DNA from: an uncultured Gemmatimonadales bacterium
Lineage (GTDB): Bacteria; Gemmatimonadota; Gemmatimonadetes; Gemmatimonadales; GWC2-71-9
Direction: 5' to 3'
Assembly (NCBI GenBank): GCA_963695555.1
Contig: CAVOGR010000005.1
Span: 160,001-224,000, forward strand
DNA length: 64,000 bases
Positions 1 to 10,368 of this stretch are shown here, piece by piece; position 1 is the stretch's first letter, and every line of letters begins with the position of its first letter. The position numbers and the translations under genes are program-made. The notes beneath the pieces were generated by a model. It was not told the DNA's origin, ran no database searches, and saw only the letters and a program-made list of their open reading frames with translations.

Positions 1-333
1 CTCCGATCCCGGTCCGGGCTCGGGGTGTTCGGCGCGAAGGTGCGATATCTTCGTGTGGGGGCTCGCTCCGCCCTCCGGGCTCACGATCACGCCGCCCGCG
101 AGCTGAAGGGATCGAGCGTCGGCAAACCATGCGGCCGCCCTCGCCATTGCGGGCGCAGCCTTGCCGATCGCCGCGATCCACAGGGGTTGCGACGGAGGGG
201 TCGGGTCTGTCTCGAGCGCCCGCGCCAGCACCCGCGCCGGCTCCACCGCCTCGATGGCCGCCTGGAACAGCAGGGTCAGCAGCGTCCCTGGCGAGCGGCC
301 CAGGATGGTATCCGGTCTCGGCGACATGTTCAT
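1..333 (-). CDS. Glycerate kinase type-2 family (DUF4147/MOFRL, TtuD/GckA-like), N-terminal part; runs off the window start
   Basis: Manual minus-strand translation MNMSPRPDTILGRSPGTLLTLLFQAAIEAVEP...IGKAAPAMARAA...AEHPEPGPGS has the GKAAxxMA and HPxP..S motifs; divergent from a D-2-hydroxyacid dehydrogenase. Confidence 0.75.
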   Translation of the reverse strand, partial: MNMSPRPDTILGRSPGTLLTLLFQAAIEAVEPARVLARALETDPTPPSQPLWIAAIGKAAPAMARAAAWFADARSLQLAGGVIVSPEGGASPHTKISHLRAEHPEPGPGSE

Positions 334-362
334 CGGAGAAGCCCGCTCACGTTGGAGGATGT

Positions 363-1331
363 ATGAAGCCGCGAGTCGCCGTCACCCGCCGCCTGCCCGA
401 GGTCGTCGAAGCGGAGTTGGCTCGCGATTTCGACGTCCGCCTCAATCCGGGTGACACCCCCCTCACGTCCGAAGACCTGGCGGCGTTGCTCCGGGAGATG
501 GACGGCATCCTCTGCACCGTTACCGATCGTTTCGACGCCGCCATGGTTTCGGCGGGCGGATTCCGAACCCGTATCCTGGCCAACTTCGGTGTCGGGTACG
601 ACAACATCGCGACCGCGGCGGCCACAGCGGCGGGATTGGTCGTGACCAACACCCCCGACGTCCTGACCGAAGACACGGCCGACTTGACCCTGGCGCTCAT
701 GCTGGCCGTGGCTCGTCGCATGGGGGAGGGCGAACGCGAGGTGCGCGCCGGCCGCTGGCGTGGCTGGGGCCCAACCAATCTGCTCGGCGCTCGCGTCCAC
801 CAAAAGACCCTCGGTCTCGTCGGCCTGGGCCGCATCGGGCAGGCCGTGGCTCGCCGGGCAGCGCGAGGCTTCCATATGCGCATCCTCACGTATTCGCGTC
901 GCGCACCCGACCCGGCAGTGCTCGAGGCGCTGGGTGCAACCCACGTCCCTCGACTGGACGATCTCCTGGCCCAATCGGACTTCGTCTCGCTGCACTGTCC
1001 CGCTACCCCTGAAACGCGGCATCTCATCGACGAACCGCGGCTTCTGGCGATGCGACCGAACGCCTTTCTCATCAATACGGCGCGCGGTGACATCGTGGAT
1101 GAACAGGCGCTGGTGCAGGCGCTCGCCTCGGGCCGGATCGCCGGCGCCGGACTCGACGTCTATCGAGACGAGCCCCACGTCAGCCAGGCACTCCTGGAGA
1201 TGGATCACGTGGTTCTCTTGCCGCATCTGGGCAGCGCGACGGTCGAAACCAGAATTGCCATGGGTCGCCGGGCGGCCGGCAATTTGCACGCCTTCTTCTC
1301 GGGACGTACACCACCCGATCGGGTGGCCTAG
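363..1331 (+). CDS. D-glycerate dehydrogenase / glyoxylate-hydroxypyruvate reductase
   Basis: GVGYDNI, NTPDVLTEDTAD, GLGRIG NAD-binding, INTARG, GLDVY, LPHLGSAT motifs; GGAGG RBS before ATG 363. Confidence 0.9.
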   Translation: MKPRVAVTRRLPEVVEAELARDFDVRLNPGDTPLTSEDLAALLREMDGILCTVTDRFDAAMVSAGGFRTRILANFGVGYDNIATAAATAAGLVVTNTPDVLTEDTADLTLALMLAVARRMGEGEREVRAGRWRGWGPTNLLGARVHQKTLGLVGLGRIGQAVARRAARGFHMRILTYSRRAPDPAVLEALGATHVPRLDDLLAQSDFVSLHCPATPETRHLIDEPRLLAMRPNAFLINTARGDIVDEQALVQALASGRIAGAGLDVYRDEPHVSQALLEMDHVVLLPHLGSATVETRIAMGRRAAGNLHAFFSGRTPPDRVA

Positions 1332-1337
1332 CCCGGC

Positions 1338-1751
1338 TCACGCGCTCCTTATCTCGGGTTCCGTACCGCGAACCAGGCGGTCCTCCACCTGGAGAGGAGG
1401 GGCTTCAATCGACGAGGCCCGCGTGTCGGGCTCGCCGGCTGCTGCGTCGTCCAGGATCGATCGGACCTGGATCAGATGCTCGACCAGCCGGCCGACGTCG
1501 AGCCCGAGATAGTGGGGACGATACCCAGACAAGGACGCGATGGCCTTGTCGAGCTGGGCGCCCACCCCATGGACATTCCGGCGCCTCACATGCACGAACG
1601 CACTCGCTAGCAAAATTAGGCCGTGATAGTACTCGCTGCCGGTGCGCCGCCAGGCCTGCTCGAGCAGCTCATGACTGGCCCAGTATTCGCCGCGAGCAAA
1701 GGCGAGGAGGAATTGTCGGTACTCCGCCGGCAAGTCCCGTCGCTCGGTCAT
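1338..1751 (-). CDS. DUF309 domain protein
   Basis: FARGEYWASHELLEQAW...YYHGLILLASAFVH motif; ATGA overlap with the rlmN stop. Confidence 0.8.
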   Translation of the reverse strand: MTERRDLPAEYRQFLLAFARGEYWASHELLEQAWRRTGSEYYHGLILLASAFVHVRRRNVHGVGAQLDKAIASLSGYRPHYLGLDVGRLVEHLIQVRSILDDAAAGEPDTRASSIEAPPLQVEDRLVRGTEPEIRSA

Positions 1752-2830
1752 CGATCCGGGGTCATCCCGGCGGATCGGTCGGCGCGCACACGCAGCTGGC
1801 CGCAGGCGGCATCGATGTCGAGGCCGCGACTCCGGCGGACCACGGCTTCGACGCCTTGGTTTCGAAGGCGGTCGGCGAATGCCTTGATGCGACTCGGCGC
1901 TGTGGGGCTGAGGTCCGGGTCGCCGCCAGGATGAAGCGGCAAGAGATTTACCAGCGCGCCGAGCCGACCGGCGTGGCGAGCCAACAGATCGGCGTCCTCG
2001 GTGGTGTCGTTTGCGCCGGCAATTAGCACGTACTCGAGCGTCACTCGCCGCGTGAACGCCTTTGCCGCGCGGAGCACGGCGTCGAGATTGTACTTCTGCT
2101 CGATCGGCATGAGCCGCCGCCGCCGTTCGTGTGACGACGCGTGCAGTGAGATGGCCAAGCGGAATTGTTCCGGGCGAGCCGCGAGTTGGCGCATGGCGGG
2201 AAGAATGCCGACGGTGGACACGGTGATGTGTCTGGCGCCGATGCCCAGGCCCTCGGGGGTGTTCAAGATGGTGAGCGCGCGGTCCACGGCGGGCCAATTG
2301 AGCAGCGGCTCCCCCATGCCCATGAAGACCACGTTGGTGGGCTTATCCGAGGCGTCCTTCAGCACGAGCTCCCGCACCTGGCCGACGATCTCAAATGGGG
2401 TGAGGTGCCGTCGGAAGCCCATGCGTCCGGTCGCGCAGAAGACACAGCCCAGCGCGCACCCTGCCTGAGAAGACACGCAGAGCGTCCGTCGCTTTCCCGA
2501 GGGGATGAGGACCGATTCGATCGCCTCACCGTCCCGAAGACGCCAGAGGTACTTCCGAGTTCCGTCGGCGGATGTCTGGACCGTCGCCACTTCGAGGTGG
2601 GGCAGGGGGAACACGCCGTCGAGTTCGGCCCGCAGCGCCGCCGGCAGCTCGGTGGCTTCCCGCCAGCTCCCGACCGGACGCTGCCACAACCGGGCGACGA
2701 GTTGGTCGACCCGATACCGCGGCAGCTCCCGAGCGGTCACCCATTCGGCGAGCGCGCCACGCGCCGCGCTTGGCGTTAGGTCCAGCAGAGTTTCTGGGGC
2801 GCTAGAGGTGCGCGGGCTGGGATTCGGCAT
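1748..2830 (-). CDS. rlmN: Dual-specificity RNA methyltransferase RlmN (radical SAM)
   Basis: CVSSQAGCALGCVFC, MGMGEP, DIDAACGQL. Confidence 0.95.
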   Translation of the reverse strand: MPNPSPRTSSAPETLLDLTPSAARGALAEWVTARELPRYRVDQLVARLWQRPVGSWREATELPAALRAELDGVFPLPHLEVATVQTSADGTRKYLWRLRDGEAIESVLIPSGKRRTLCVSSQAGCALGCVFCATGRMGFRRHLTPFEIVGQVRELVLKDASDKPTNVVFMGMGEPLLNWPAVDRALTILNTPEGLGIGARHITVSTVGILPAMRQLAARPEQFRLAISLHASSHERRRRLMPIEQKYNLDAVLRAAKAFTRRVTLEYVLIAGANDTTEDADLLARHAGRLGALVNLLPLHPGGDPDLSPTAPSRIKAFADRLRNQGVEAVVRRSRGLDIDAACGQLRVRADRSAGMTPDR

Positions 2831-2910
2831 GGAGGAATATGATATACCTGCGGAGAGGCCGCTGGATCCGACCTCGGGTGAAACGGCCTAACCCATGCTC
2901 GCTGCGTGAC

Positions 2911-2939
2911 TTGCTCCCAATCTGAGCGGCCATTACGTT
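2911..2939 (+). promoter_or_regulatory. Putative sigma70 promoter of the aspS operon
   Basis: TTGCTC-N17-TACGTT about 150 bp upstream of aspS. Confidence 0.45.
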
Positions 2940-3090
2940 TGGCACATGAGGCCCTTCGTGCATGGGTTGCGACCTCCGCCTGCCCCTGCCTCCATTCCCG
3001 CCCCCTCGGTCCGGTCCCCGCGATTCGATTGTCAGGGGCTCGACCACTCCGACGCGTCCGCGTCCGGCCGTTGAGGACCGTCGCCACCGG

Positions 3091-4878
3091 ATGACCGGCT
3101 CCTCCCAGAATCGTTCCCATCGGTGTGGTGAACTCACCACCGGCCATGTAGGACAGCATGTCAGTCTCGGCGGGTGGGTGCATCGCCGGCGGGATCTCGG
3201 CGGCTTGGTCTTTCTCGATCTGCGTGATCGTACGGGACTGGTTCAGCTCAGCTGTGATCCAGCCTATGCCGCTCCTGACCTCATGGCGCGCGCGGCCAAT
3301 GTGGGGCTCGAGGAAGTGCTCCTCATCGAGGGCGAAGTGGTTCGCCGGCCCGAGGCCGCGCGCGACCCTGCCATGGCGACGCGCGAAGTGGAGGTCCGAA
3401 TCCGGTCGCTCGAAGTGGTCGGACCCGCGATCACCCCGCCTATCCAAGTGGCGTATAAGGAAGGGGAAGCCTTGCCGGCGGAAGAGCTCCGGCTCAAGTA
3501 CCGCGTGCTCGATTTGCGCCGCCCCGAATTGCAGCAAAATCTGATTCTCAGGCATCGATTGCTGCAACGGGCCCGCCGGAGTCTGTCCGATCAGGGCTTC
3601 TTGGAAATCGAAACGCCGATTCTGACCAAGCCAACGCCTGAGGGAGCCCGGGATTACCTGGTGCCGAGCCGGATCCATCCCGGGGAGTTCTTCGCGTTGC
3701 CGCAGTCTCCCCAGATCTACAAGCAGCTGCTGATGATGGCGGGATACGATCGCTATTTCCAAGTGGCGCGTTGCTTTCGCGATGAAGACCTGCGGGCGGA
3801 CCGCCAGCCCGAATTCACCCAAATCGATATCGAGGCATCCTTCGTCTCCGCGATCGACGTTCATGGGTTCGTCGAGCAGGTGCTGGTCGATTTGTGGGAT
3901 GAGGCCGGGCACGCAGTGACTCGTCCGTTTCCGCACCTGACCTATGCCGATGCGATGGAACGGTACGGCGTCGACAAGCCCGACCTTCGGTTCGGCTGGG
4001 CGATTAGGGATTTGACTCCTGCCGTCAATGGCGGCGGCGGCGCGGGGAGCGCGGCGCCCTTCGTCGTCTCGGCGCTCGCTGCGGGTGGGCGGCTCCGGGG
4101 TATCGTGGTCCCCGGCGGTGCGAGTTTCTCCCGTCGCGAGATCGATGCCCTCACCGAAGCGGCCCGCGGCGCCGGCGCCGGCGGGCTCATGTGGGCGCGT
4201 CGCACCGACGCGGGCTGGGAAGGGCAGGGCGTGAAGGCCGTGGGTCAGGATGGGCTGGCCCGGATCGAAGGGGCGGCGGGAGATCTCCTCCTGGCCGCTG
4301 TCGGATCGGACCAACTCACCTCCGCTGCACTCGCCGCGGTCCGCGCGGAGCTCACTGCCCGGCCCGATGCGACACCCGAACAGCAACATGCTTTTTGTTG
4401 GATCGTGGATTTTCCACTGTTCGAACTCGATCCGGAATCTGGCAAGCCGGTGCCTGCCCACCACCCGTTCACCGCGCCTCATCCCGAGGACGGAGGCCTG
4501 CTCGAGCGCGACCCCGCCCGGTGCCGGTCGACCCATTATGACGTGGTGTACAACGGGAGCGAACTCGGAAGCGGGTCCATCCGTATTACCGATATTGAGC
4601 TTCAGCGACACATATTCACAATGTTGGGTATTTCGGAAGCCGACATTGATCGGCGCTTCGGGTTCTTGCTCAATGGGCTCCGGTACGGCGCGCCGCCACA
4701 CGGCGGGTTTGCGATTGGGTTCGACCGGGTCGTCATGCTCTTGGCGGGGGCTCAGTCGCTCCGGGACGTGATCGCATTTCCGAAGACCGCGGGTGGACGG
4801 GCGCTGTTCGAGGGCGCGCCCACGCCGGTCGATCCCAACGAGATGGCCGAGCTCCACCTCGAACTCAAGCGGCGGTAA
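3091..4878 (+). CDS. aspS: Aspartate--tRNA ligase
   Basis: GWVHRRRDLGG, TPEGARDY, LPQSPQ, CFRDEDLRADRQPEFTQ, HHPFTAP, GAPPHGG. Confidence 0.97.
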   Translation: MTGSSQNRSHRCGELTTGHVGQHVSLGGWVHRRRDLGGLVFLDLRDRTGLVQLSCDPAYAAPDLMARAANVGLEEVLLIEGEVVRRPEAARDPAMATREVEVRIRSLEVVGPAITPPIQVAYKEGEALPAEELRLKYRVLDLRRPELQQNLILRHRLLQRARRSLSDQGFLEIETPILTKPTPEGARDYLVPSRIHPGEFFALPQSPQIYKQLLMMAGYDRYFQVARCFRDEDLRADRQPEFTQIDIEASFVSAIDVHGFVEQVLVDLWDEAGHAVTRPFPHLTYADAMERYGVDKPDLRFGWAIRDLTPAVNGGGGAGSAAPFVVSALAAGGRLRGIVVPGGASFSRREIDALTEAARGAGAGGLMWARRTDAGWEGQGVKAVGQDGLARIEGAAGDLLLAAVGSDQLTSAALAAVRAELTARPDATPEQQHAFCWIVDFPLFELDPESGKPVPAHHPFTAPHPEDGGLLERDPARCRSTHYDVVYNGSELGSGSIRITDIELQRHIFTMLGISEADIDRRFGFLLNGLRYGAPPHGGFAIGFDRVVMLLAGAQSLRDVIAFPKTAGGRALFEGAPTPVDPNEMAELHLELKRR

Positions 4879-5858
4879 TGGCAAGCGATTCCGACTCGGC
4901 ACCAGAGGACTCCCAGCGGCGGATCACCGCGGAGGGAGCGGATCCTCTGCTGCTGGCAGGCATCAATGATGCCAATCTCCTCGAGCTGGAGCGCGCGCTT
5001 GGCGTGCGAGCCTCGCTCCGCGGCGACACCTTGGCTCTTGGCGGGCCACCCGACGCTTTGGAGCGGGCCGTCGCCGTGGCTCGCGAGATGGTCGATCTCG
5101 CGCGCATGGGGGTGACCATAGGGACGGATGACGTTGAGCGACTTGTGGAGCAAGGGGTTGTCACTCCCGCCGCTGGGACGGAGCCCCAGGAAGATCTCCG
5201 AATCCTGCTGCCCGGCATCAGACGGCCAATCCAGCCGAAGACCAAAGGGCAACGCGACTACCTCGAGGCGATGGTCACGCACGACCTCGTCGTGTCGATC
5301 GGCCCAGCCGGCACCGGCAAGACCTATCTGGCGGTGGCAAAGGCGGTGGAGGCGCTGGCCCGCAAGCGGGTGCGGCGCATCATCCTGGCTCGACCGGCGG
5401 TCGAAGCCGGCGAATCGCTGGGATTCCTCCCGGGCGACCTCCAGGCCAAGGTGGATCCGTACTTGCGCCCGCTCTACGACGCGCTCGAGGACATGATGCC
5501 GCACGACCGCGTCCAGCGTGCGCTGGAGAGTCGCGTGATCGAGATCGCGCCGCTGGCCTACATGCGGGGCCGGACGCTGTCGGACGCGTTCATCATTCTG
5601 GATGAAGCGCAGAACGCAACGAGCGCGCAGATGAAGATGTTCCTGACACGGTTGGGCGTGAACAGCATGACCGTGGTCACCGGTGACAAGACGCAGATCG
5701 ATTTGCCAGTCCCGGAGGAATCCGGGCTCCTGCAGATCGAGCGAATCCTCCCCGGGGTCGAGGGAATCGCCTTCTGCTACCTGAGCGATGCGGATGTAGT
5801 CCGGCATCGGCTGGTGAAGCAAATCATCCGCGCCTACGCGGAGGATCGGAAGGCCTGA
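4878..5858 (+). CDS. phoH: PhoH-family ATPase
   Basis: GPAGTGKT, RPAVEAGESLGFLPG, MRGRT, DEAQN. Confidence 0.95.
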   Translation: MASDSDSAPEDSQRRITAEGADPLLLAGINDANLLELERALGVRASLRGDTLALGGPPDALERAVAVAREMVDLARMGVTIGTDDVERLVEQGVVTPAAGTEPQEDLRILLPGIRRPIQPKTKGQRDYLEAMVTHDLVVSIGPAGTGKTYLAVAKAVEALARKRVRRIILARPAVEAGESLGFLPGDLQAKVDPYLRPLYDALEDMMPHDRVQRALESRVIEIAPLAYMRGRTLSDAFIILDEAQNATSAQMKMFLTRLGVNSMTVVTGDKTQIDLPVPEESGLLQIERILPGVEGIAFCYLSDADVVRHRLVKQIIRAYAEDRKA

Positions 5859-5904
5859 TGCCGGTAGGGCAGGTTCATGCCCGCTCGACACCCGGGCGCT
5901 CGTC

Positions 5905-6333
5905 GTGAGTCAGAACAGCGAAGTGAGCGTCAGCGGCCATCGCCGCCGGGTCCTTTCCAACGGCCGAGTGGAACGCATCGTCCGGGCCGTGCTCGGCGGC
6001 GAGCGCCGGGACGCGCGGATCTCGGTCACGTTCCTGGGCCGCGACGCCATGCGGGAACTCAATCGCCGCCATCTCGGACATCGCCGTCCGACCGATGTGC
6101 TGGCCTTTCGTCTCTCGGAACCTGATGGTACGCTCGTGGGAGACGTCTACATCTGTCCCTGGGTCGCGCAACGGGAAGCCCGTACCCGCAACATCACGGT
6201 CGAGGAGGAGTTGACGCGGTTGATCGTTCACGGAACGCTTCATGTGTTGGGACATGACCATCCGGATGGGCCTGGACGGACGTCCTCGCCCATGTGGATG
6301 CTGCAGGAACGATACGTGAGATCACTCCGGTGA
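5905..6333 (+). CDS. ybeY: rRNA maturation RNase YbeY
   Basis: PTDVLAF and HGTLHVLGHDH metal motif; follows phoH. Confidence 0.92.
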   Translation: MSQNSEVSVSGHRRRVLSNGRVERIVRAVLGGERRDARISVTFLGRDAMRELNRRHLGHRRPTDVLAFRLSEPDGTLVGDVYICPWVAQREARTRNITVEEELTRLIVHGTLHVLGHDHPDGPGRTSSPMWMLQERYVRSLR

Positions 6334-7532
6334 TCGGCGTCCTGCAGTATTGGATCGCACCGGCGATCGCCGTGCTCCTCACCCTCTGGGCGGCATGGGT
6401 GGCGATCGCCGCCGAGTCCGACGAAGACGTACCGCGGGTGCTCGATGGAACCTGGAGTGGTGGCGGCGCGATGCCATTGGCTCGCTCGCTCCACGTGGTC
6501 CATCTCTCACTCCTCCTCGTTGCCGGAGCCGCCGCGGGAGCCACGGTGGCATGGTGGACCTGGTCGTCGGTGGGCCAGCTGATCCGGCTTCCCATTGTGG
6601 TGCTGCTGGTGTGGGTGGTCGGCGACCTCCTGCCGCGGGCCCTCGTGGCCATCGAACCTGCCCTGACCGGCCCGGCCCGCCGCATGGCCGCAAAGACCTT
6701 GACCCCCTTCTCGCCGCTTTTCCGCTTGGTGATGTGGGCCGACGCCAATTGGCGCCCGCTGAAGCCCTCGGCCGACCAACGCCATCTCGCGGACGCCGAA
6801 CGCGACATGCTGCTGGGAGTCTTCTCGCTGGCGGGAACCACCGTGTCCGAGGTCATGACGCCGCGGATCGATATCGTGTCCGTGGATACCGCCGATTCGT
6901 TCGAAAAGGTCGTCGCAACTTTTCGGAGCGCGGAGCATTCACGCCTCGTGGTGTTCGGCGGCAATCCCGATAGCGTCTTGGGGGTGATCTACGCGAAGGA
7001 TCTACTCGCCACCTTGTCTCAAACGGAGCAAGTGCGGCAGCACTGGACCAGCCTGATCCGGCCGGCCGAGTTTGTGCCCGAGGAGAAGACGCTCGATCGC
7101 CAGCTGCACGACTTCCAACGCGGGCCCCGCCACTTGGCCGTCGTCGTGGACGAGTATGGGGGGACGGCCGGCATCGTGACGCTCGAGGACATCCTCGAAG
7201 AGGTCGTCGGGGAGATTCGGGACGAATACGATACGGAGGAAGTCGCGCCCATCCAAGAGAAGGCGGATGGCAGCCTCGCGGTCCAGGGAGGGGTGGCGCT
7301 GGCCGAGTTGGAGGCGGTGCTCGACCACCGCTTCGGCCGGGAGGACGTGAGTACCGTGGGAGGGTTGGTCTTGGCGGAGTTCGGCCGCGTGCCGCGTACC
7401 GGCGAATCGGTGACGGTGCCGGGGTACGCCCTCCACGTCGAGCAAATGACCGGTCGGCGGGTGAAATGGGTCCTGCTCATGCCGCTCGCACCATCGACCG
7501 AGCCCGGGGCTTCCCAGGAGCAGCCACGATGA
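6330..7532 (+). CDS. Hemolysin/CNNM-CBS-CorC family membrane protein
   Basis: N-terminal TM segments, [38 protein letters not shown]-terminal CorC domain; GTG overlaps the ybeY stop. Confidence 0.85.
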   Translation: MIGVLQYWIAPAIAVLLTLWAAWVAIAAESDEDVPRVLDGTWSGGGAMPLARSLHVVHLSLLLVAGAAAGATVAWWTWSSVGQLIRLPIVVLLVWVVGDLLPRALVAIEPALTGPARRMAAKTLTPFSPLFRLVMWADANWRPLKPSADQRHLADAERDMLLGVFSLAGTTVSEVMTPRIDIVSVDTADSFEKVVATFRSAEHSRLVVFGGNPDSVLGVIYAKDLLATLSQTEQVRQHWTSLIRPAEFVPEEKTLDRQLHDFQRGPRHLAVVVDEYGGTAGIVTLEDILEEVVGEIRDEYDTEEVAPIQEKADGSLAVQGGVALAELEAVLDHRFGREDVSTVGGLVLAEFGRVPRTGESVTVPGYALHVEQMTGRRVKWVLLMPLAPSTEPGASQEQPR

Positions 7533-8725
7533 TCTGGGCAGTGGTGCTGGTGGGCTTGAGCCTCACGGTCTTCGGCGCGACCGCCGGCGCCGCGCTGGTA
7601 GCGATCAGTCGGGTCGAGTTGTCCAGGGCGGCGTCGCGGCAACTCCGTGGAGCCGCCGGGGCGCTCACCCGATTGGGACGACTCGACGCGCTGCTGGTGG
7701 CGGGCTCGACCACGACCGCGCTCGGGGTCGTCATTCTGGGCGCCGCATTTCCCGCGGCCTTTTCCGGCTCGCGCTGGTGGCTCACGGCGCTGCTCGGTCT
7801 GTTCATCGCGGTCCCGGTCGTTCTGTTCGGGGGCTATCTCCTTCCGCGATGGGTCACCCAACCGCGTGCCGAGTCCGTGGCTAAGAGGGTCATTCCCGTC
7901 CTCGAACTCTGGGCCGGGGTCTTGCGATTGGTCTTGCCGGTCAGGCGCGGCAGCCGGGTGAATCAGCTCCGGTCGTTGTGGCGGGAGGGAGCAGCAGTGG
8001 GGTTGGACGTCGAAACGGATCTGGAAATGGTGGGCGGCGTCGTCACCTTCACGGAGCGGCCGGTTCGCGAAGTCATGACGCCGCGGACCGACATGATCGC
8101 GGTAGAGGAAGGGTCGTCGCTGGAACAGATCAGCCGGGTATTCAACGAGAGCGGCTACACTCGGCTGCCGATCTACCGTGACACGCTCGACAACATCATC
8201 GGCATGGTGCACGCCTTCGATCTGTTCAAACTCGCTCCGGGAGAGCCGCTTCCCGTTCGGCCCGTGGCCATTGCTCCCGCGAGTCGATCCTGCGTGGACC
8301 TTCTCCTCGACATGCAACGGGAGCGCCGACACCTTGCCGTGGTGCTCGATGAGTTCGGCGGGACCTTGGGGCTCGCGACGCTTGAGGATCTGCTCGAGGA
8401 GCTCGTGGGCGAGATCTTCGATGAGCAGCATGACGAGCGTGAGGGCGCGGTGCCTGAGGCCGGTACGAGCCTGCTCGAGACCGGTGGCTCGTCGCCCTTG
8501 ACTCTTCTCGAAGAACGCTTCGGCGTGTCGGTTTCCGACGTGCGAGCCAAGACGATCGGGGGGCTTCTGACGGAACTCGCCGGGCGGATCCCTCGATCCG
8601 GTGAACGGTTCCTCATCCAGAACCTCGAATTCGACGTGATCGACGCCAGCGCCACTCAATTGCAGCGCATCCTCATCCGACCGGGCCCGGTTCGGACGCT
8701 GCCCCTTGGGAGGGAGGGCCGGTGA
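7529..8725 (+). CDS. Second hemolysin/CNNM-CBS-CorC family protein
   Basis: [42 protein letters not shown] overlap. Confidence 0.85.
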   Translation: MIWAVVLVGLSLTVFGATAGAALVAISRVELSRAASRQLRGAAGALTRLGRLDALLVAGSTTTALGVVILGAAFPAAFSGSRWWLTALLGLFIAVPVVLFGGYLLPRWVTQPRAESVAKRVIPVLELWAGVLRLVLPVRRGSRVNQLRSLWREGAAVGLDVETDLEMVGGVVTFTERPVREVMTPRTDMIAVEEGSSLEQISRVFNESGYTRLPIYRDTLDNIIGMVHAFDLFKLAPGEPLPVRPVAIAPASRSCVDLLLDMQRERRHLAVVLDEFGGTLGLATLEDLLEELVGEIFDEQHDEREGAVPEAGTSLLETGGSSPLTLLEERFGVSVSDVRAKTIGGLLTELAGRIPRSGERFLIQNLEFDVIDASATQLQRILIRPGPVRTLPLGREGR

Positions 8726-10059
8726 CTCCATCCGCCTCCACACCCAAAACGCTCATCGAACTGATCGAAGCGGGGCAGCTCGAGCGGTTCGCCGAGTTGG
8801 CGGGACACCTCGAGGCGCCCGATCTCGCCGACGTGCTCGCCCTTCTGGGTGACGAAACGCGACTCCTGGCGGTGCGCGCGTTACCGCCCGAGGTATCGGC
8901 CGCGGCGCTGGCGGAAATGCCCGAAGAGGCCCACGCCGAGGAGACCTTGGCCGCGCTCGACGCGGGTGAGGCCGCGGACATTCTCGAGGAACTCGAGGAT
9001 GACGATGCCGCGGACATCCTGGGCGAGCTCGAGCCATCGGAACAGGAGCGGATCCTCGCTGAGGTAGAGGATCCAACCGAAGTCGAACAGCTCCTACGGT
9101 ACGACGAGGAGACCGCGGGCGGTCTCATGACCACCCACGTGGTCACCGTGCAGGACACCGTAACCGCTGCCCAAGCCTTGGAAGACATCCGGCGGCAAGC
9201 GGACGAAGTCGATGACTTCTACCAGATCTTCGTGGTGGACCATCGCCGTCGCCTGGTCGGATACCTGCCGCTCAAGTCCCTGGTGGTGAGCCAGCTGGAC
9301 CGTCCGGTGCGAGCGATCATGGAGGCTCCGGATATCACCGTTACGCCGGACCTCGATCAGGAAGAGGTCGCCCGAATGATGGCGCGGTACAACCTGCCGA
9401 GCGTCCCGGTGGTGGCTGGCGACGGCCGTCTGCTCGGCCGGGTTACCTTCGATGATGTTGATGACGTGGTCGAGGCCGAGACCACCGAGGACATGCTCAA
9501 GTTCGGCGGCGTGTCGGCCGATGAGGAACTGGGAGCGGAGTGGCGGAGTGCCGTGGGCAGCCGGCTTCCATGGCTCACCGTTAACTTGCTCACGGCGTTT
9601 CTCGCCTCCGGCGTCGTGCTGCTGTTCCAAGACGTCATTCAGGCCGCCGTGGTGCTCGCCGCCATCATGCCGATCATCGCCGGTATGGGCGGCAATGCCG
9701 GAACCCAAGCCTTGGCGGTCACCGTGCGACGGCTGGCGCTCGGGACGATTCCACGCGGCCAGTCACTGCGGGTGATCGGGAAGGAAACCCTCGTTGGCGC
9801 CGTCAACGGCTTGGTGGTCGGAGTGGCGGTCGCTATCGTCACCCTCGCACTCGGCGAGGGCGGCCGGCTCGGCCTGCTGGTGTTCATCGCCATGACGGGG
9901 AACGTGTTGATCGCCGGATGCGCCGGCGCGTTCATCCCCATCCTGCTCCAGCGGGTAGGGGTCGATCCCGCGATCGCATCGTCCGTCTTCGTCACCACCA
10001 TCACCGACATTTTCGGCTTCTTGTTGCTGCTGGGCCTGGCCGGAATCGTCTTGTTTTGA
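8722..10059 (+). CDS. mgtE: Magnesium transporter MgtE
   Basis: Acidic N-domain, CBS pair, [29 protein letters not shown]. Confidence 0.95.
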   Translation: MTPSASTPKTLIELIEAGQLERFAELAGHLEAPDLADVLALLGDETRLLAVRALPPEVSAAALAEMPEEAHAEETLAALDAGEAADILEELEDDDAADILGELEPSEQERILAEVEDPTEVEQLLRYDEETAGGLMTTHVVTVQDTVTAAQALEDIRRQADEVDDFYQIFVVDHRRRLVGYLPLKSLVVSQLDRPVRAIMEAPDITVTPDLDQEEVARMMARYNLPSVPVVAGDGRLLGRVTFDDVDDVVEAETTEDMLKFGGVSADEELGAEWRSAVGSRLPWLTVNLLTAFLASGVVLLFQDVIQAAVVLAAIMPIIAGMGGNAGTQALAVTVRRLALGTIPRGQSLRVIGKETLVGAVNGLVVGVAVAIVTLALGEGGRLGLLVFIAMTGNVLIAGCAGAFIPILLQRVGVDPAIASSVFVTTITDIFGFLLLLGLAGIVLF

Positions 10060-10096
10060 GGCAACCCACACCGTGGGTCGGCGCGCGACTCCGTGC

Positions 10097-10125
10097 TTGC
10101 CGGAACAGGGTCATTGGACCATATT
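10097..10125 (+). promoter_or_regulatory. Putative sigma70 promoter for the rho-like gene
   Basis: TTGCCG-N17-CATATT. Confidence 0.4.
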
Positions 10126-10368
10126 TTGCAACCGCAGCGGCTCGGCCCTCGATGCAGTCAGCCTGCGAACTTTGACACCCCGTGCGGATCCCGGGCGTGA
10201 TCTCGTTCGAGGATCACGGCACCTCAACCGAGACCGATCACATCTCCATCGGCAGCAGCGTTCCATGATGCCCGTGTCGGGCCGCGATGCGCACAATGTC
10301 CCGTGGGCCGGAGACGATTGGCTCCCTGCGCTCGAACAATTCTCACCAGCGATAGACGAAGGAGTCGC

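Noticed and set aside
2946..3074. Possible leader peptide or T-box upstream of aspS
   Set aside because: No Asp-codon run, T-box motif or terminator recognisable
2776..4902. Long antisense ORFs (also 7019-8743, 13087-14559, 15905-17884, 27178-28881, 52121-53488)
   Set aside because: Shadow frames of well-conserved genes in high-GC DNA, with no recognisable motifs
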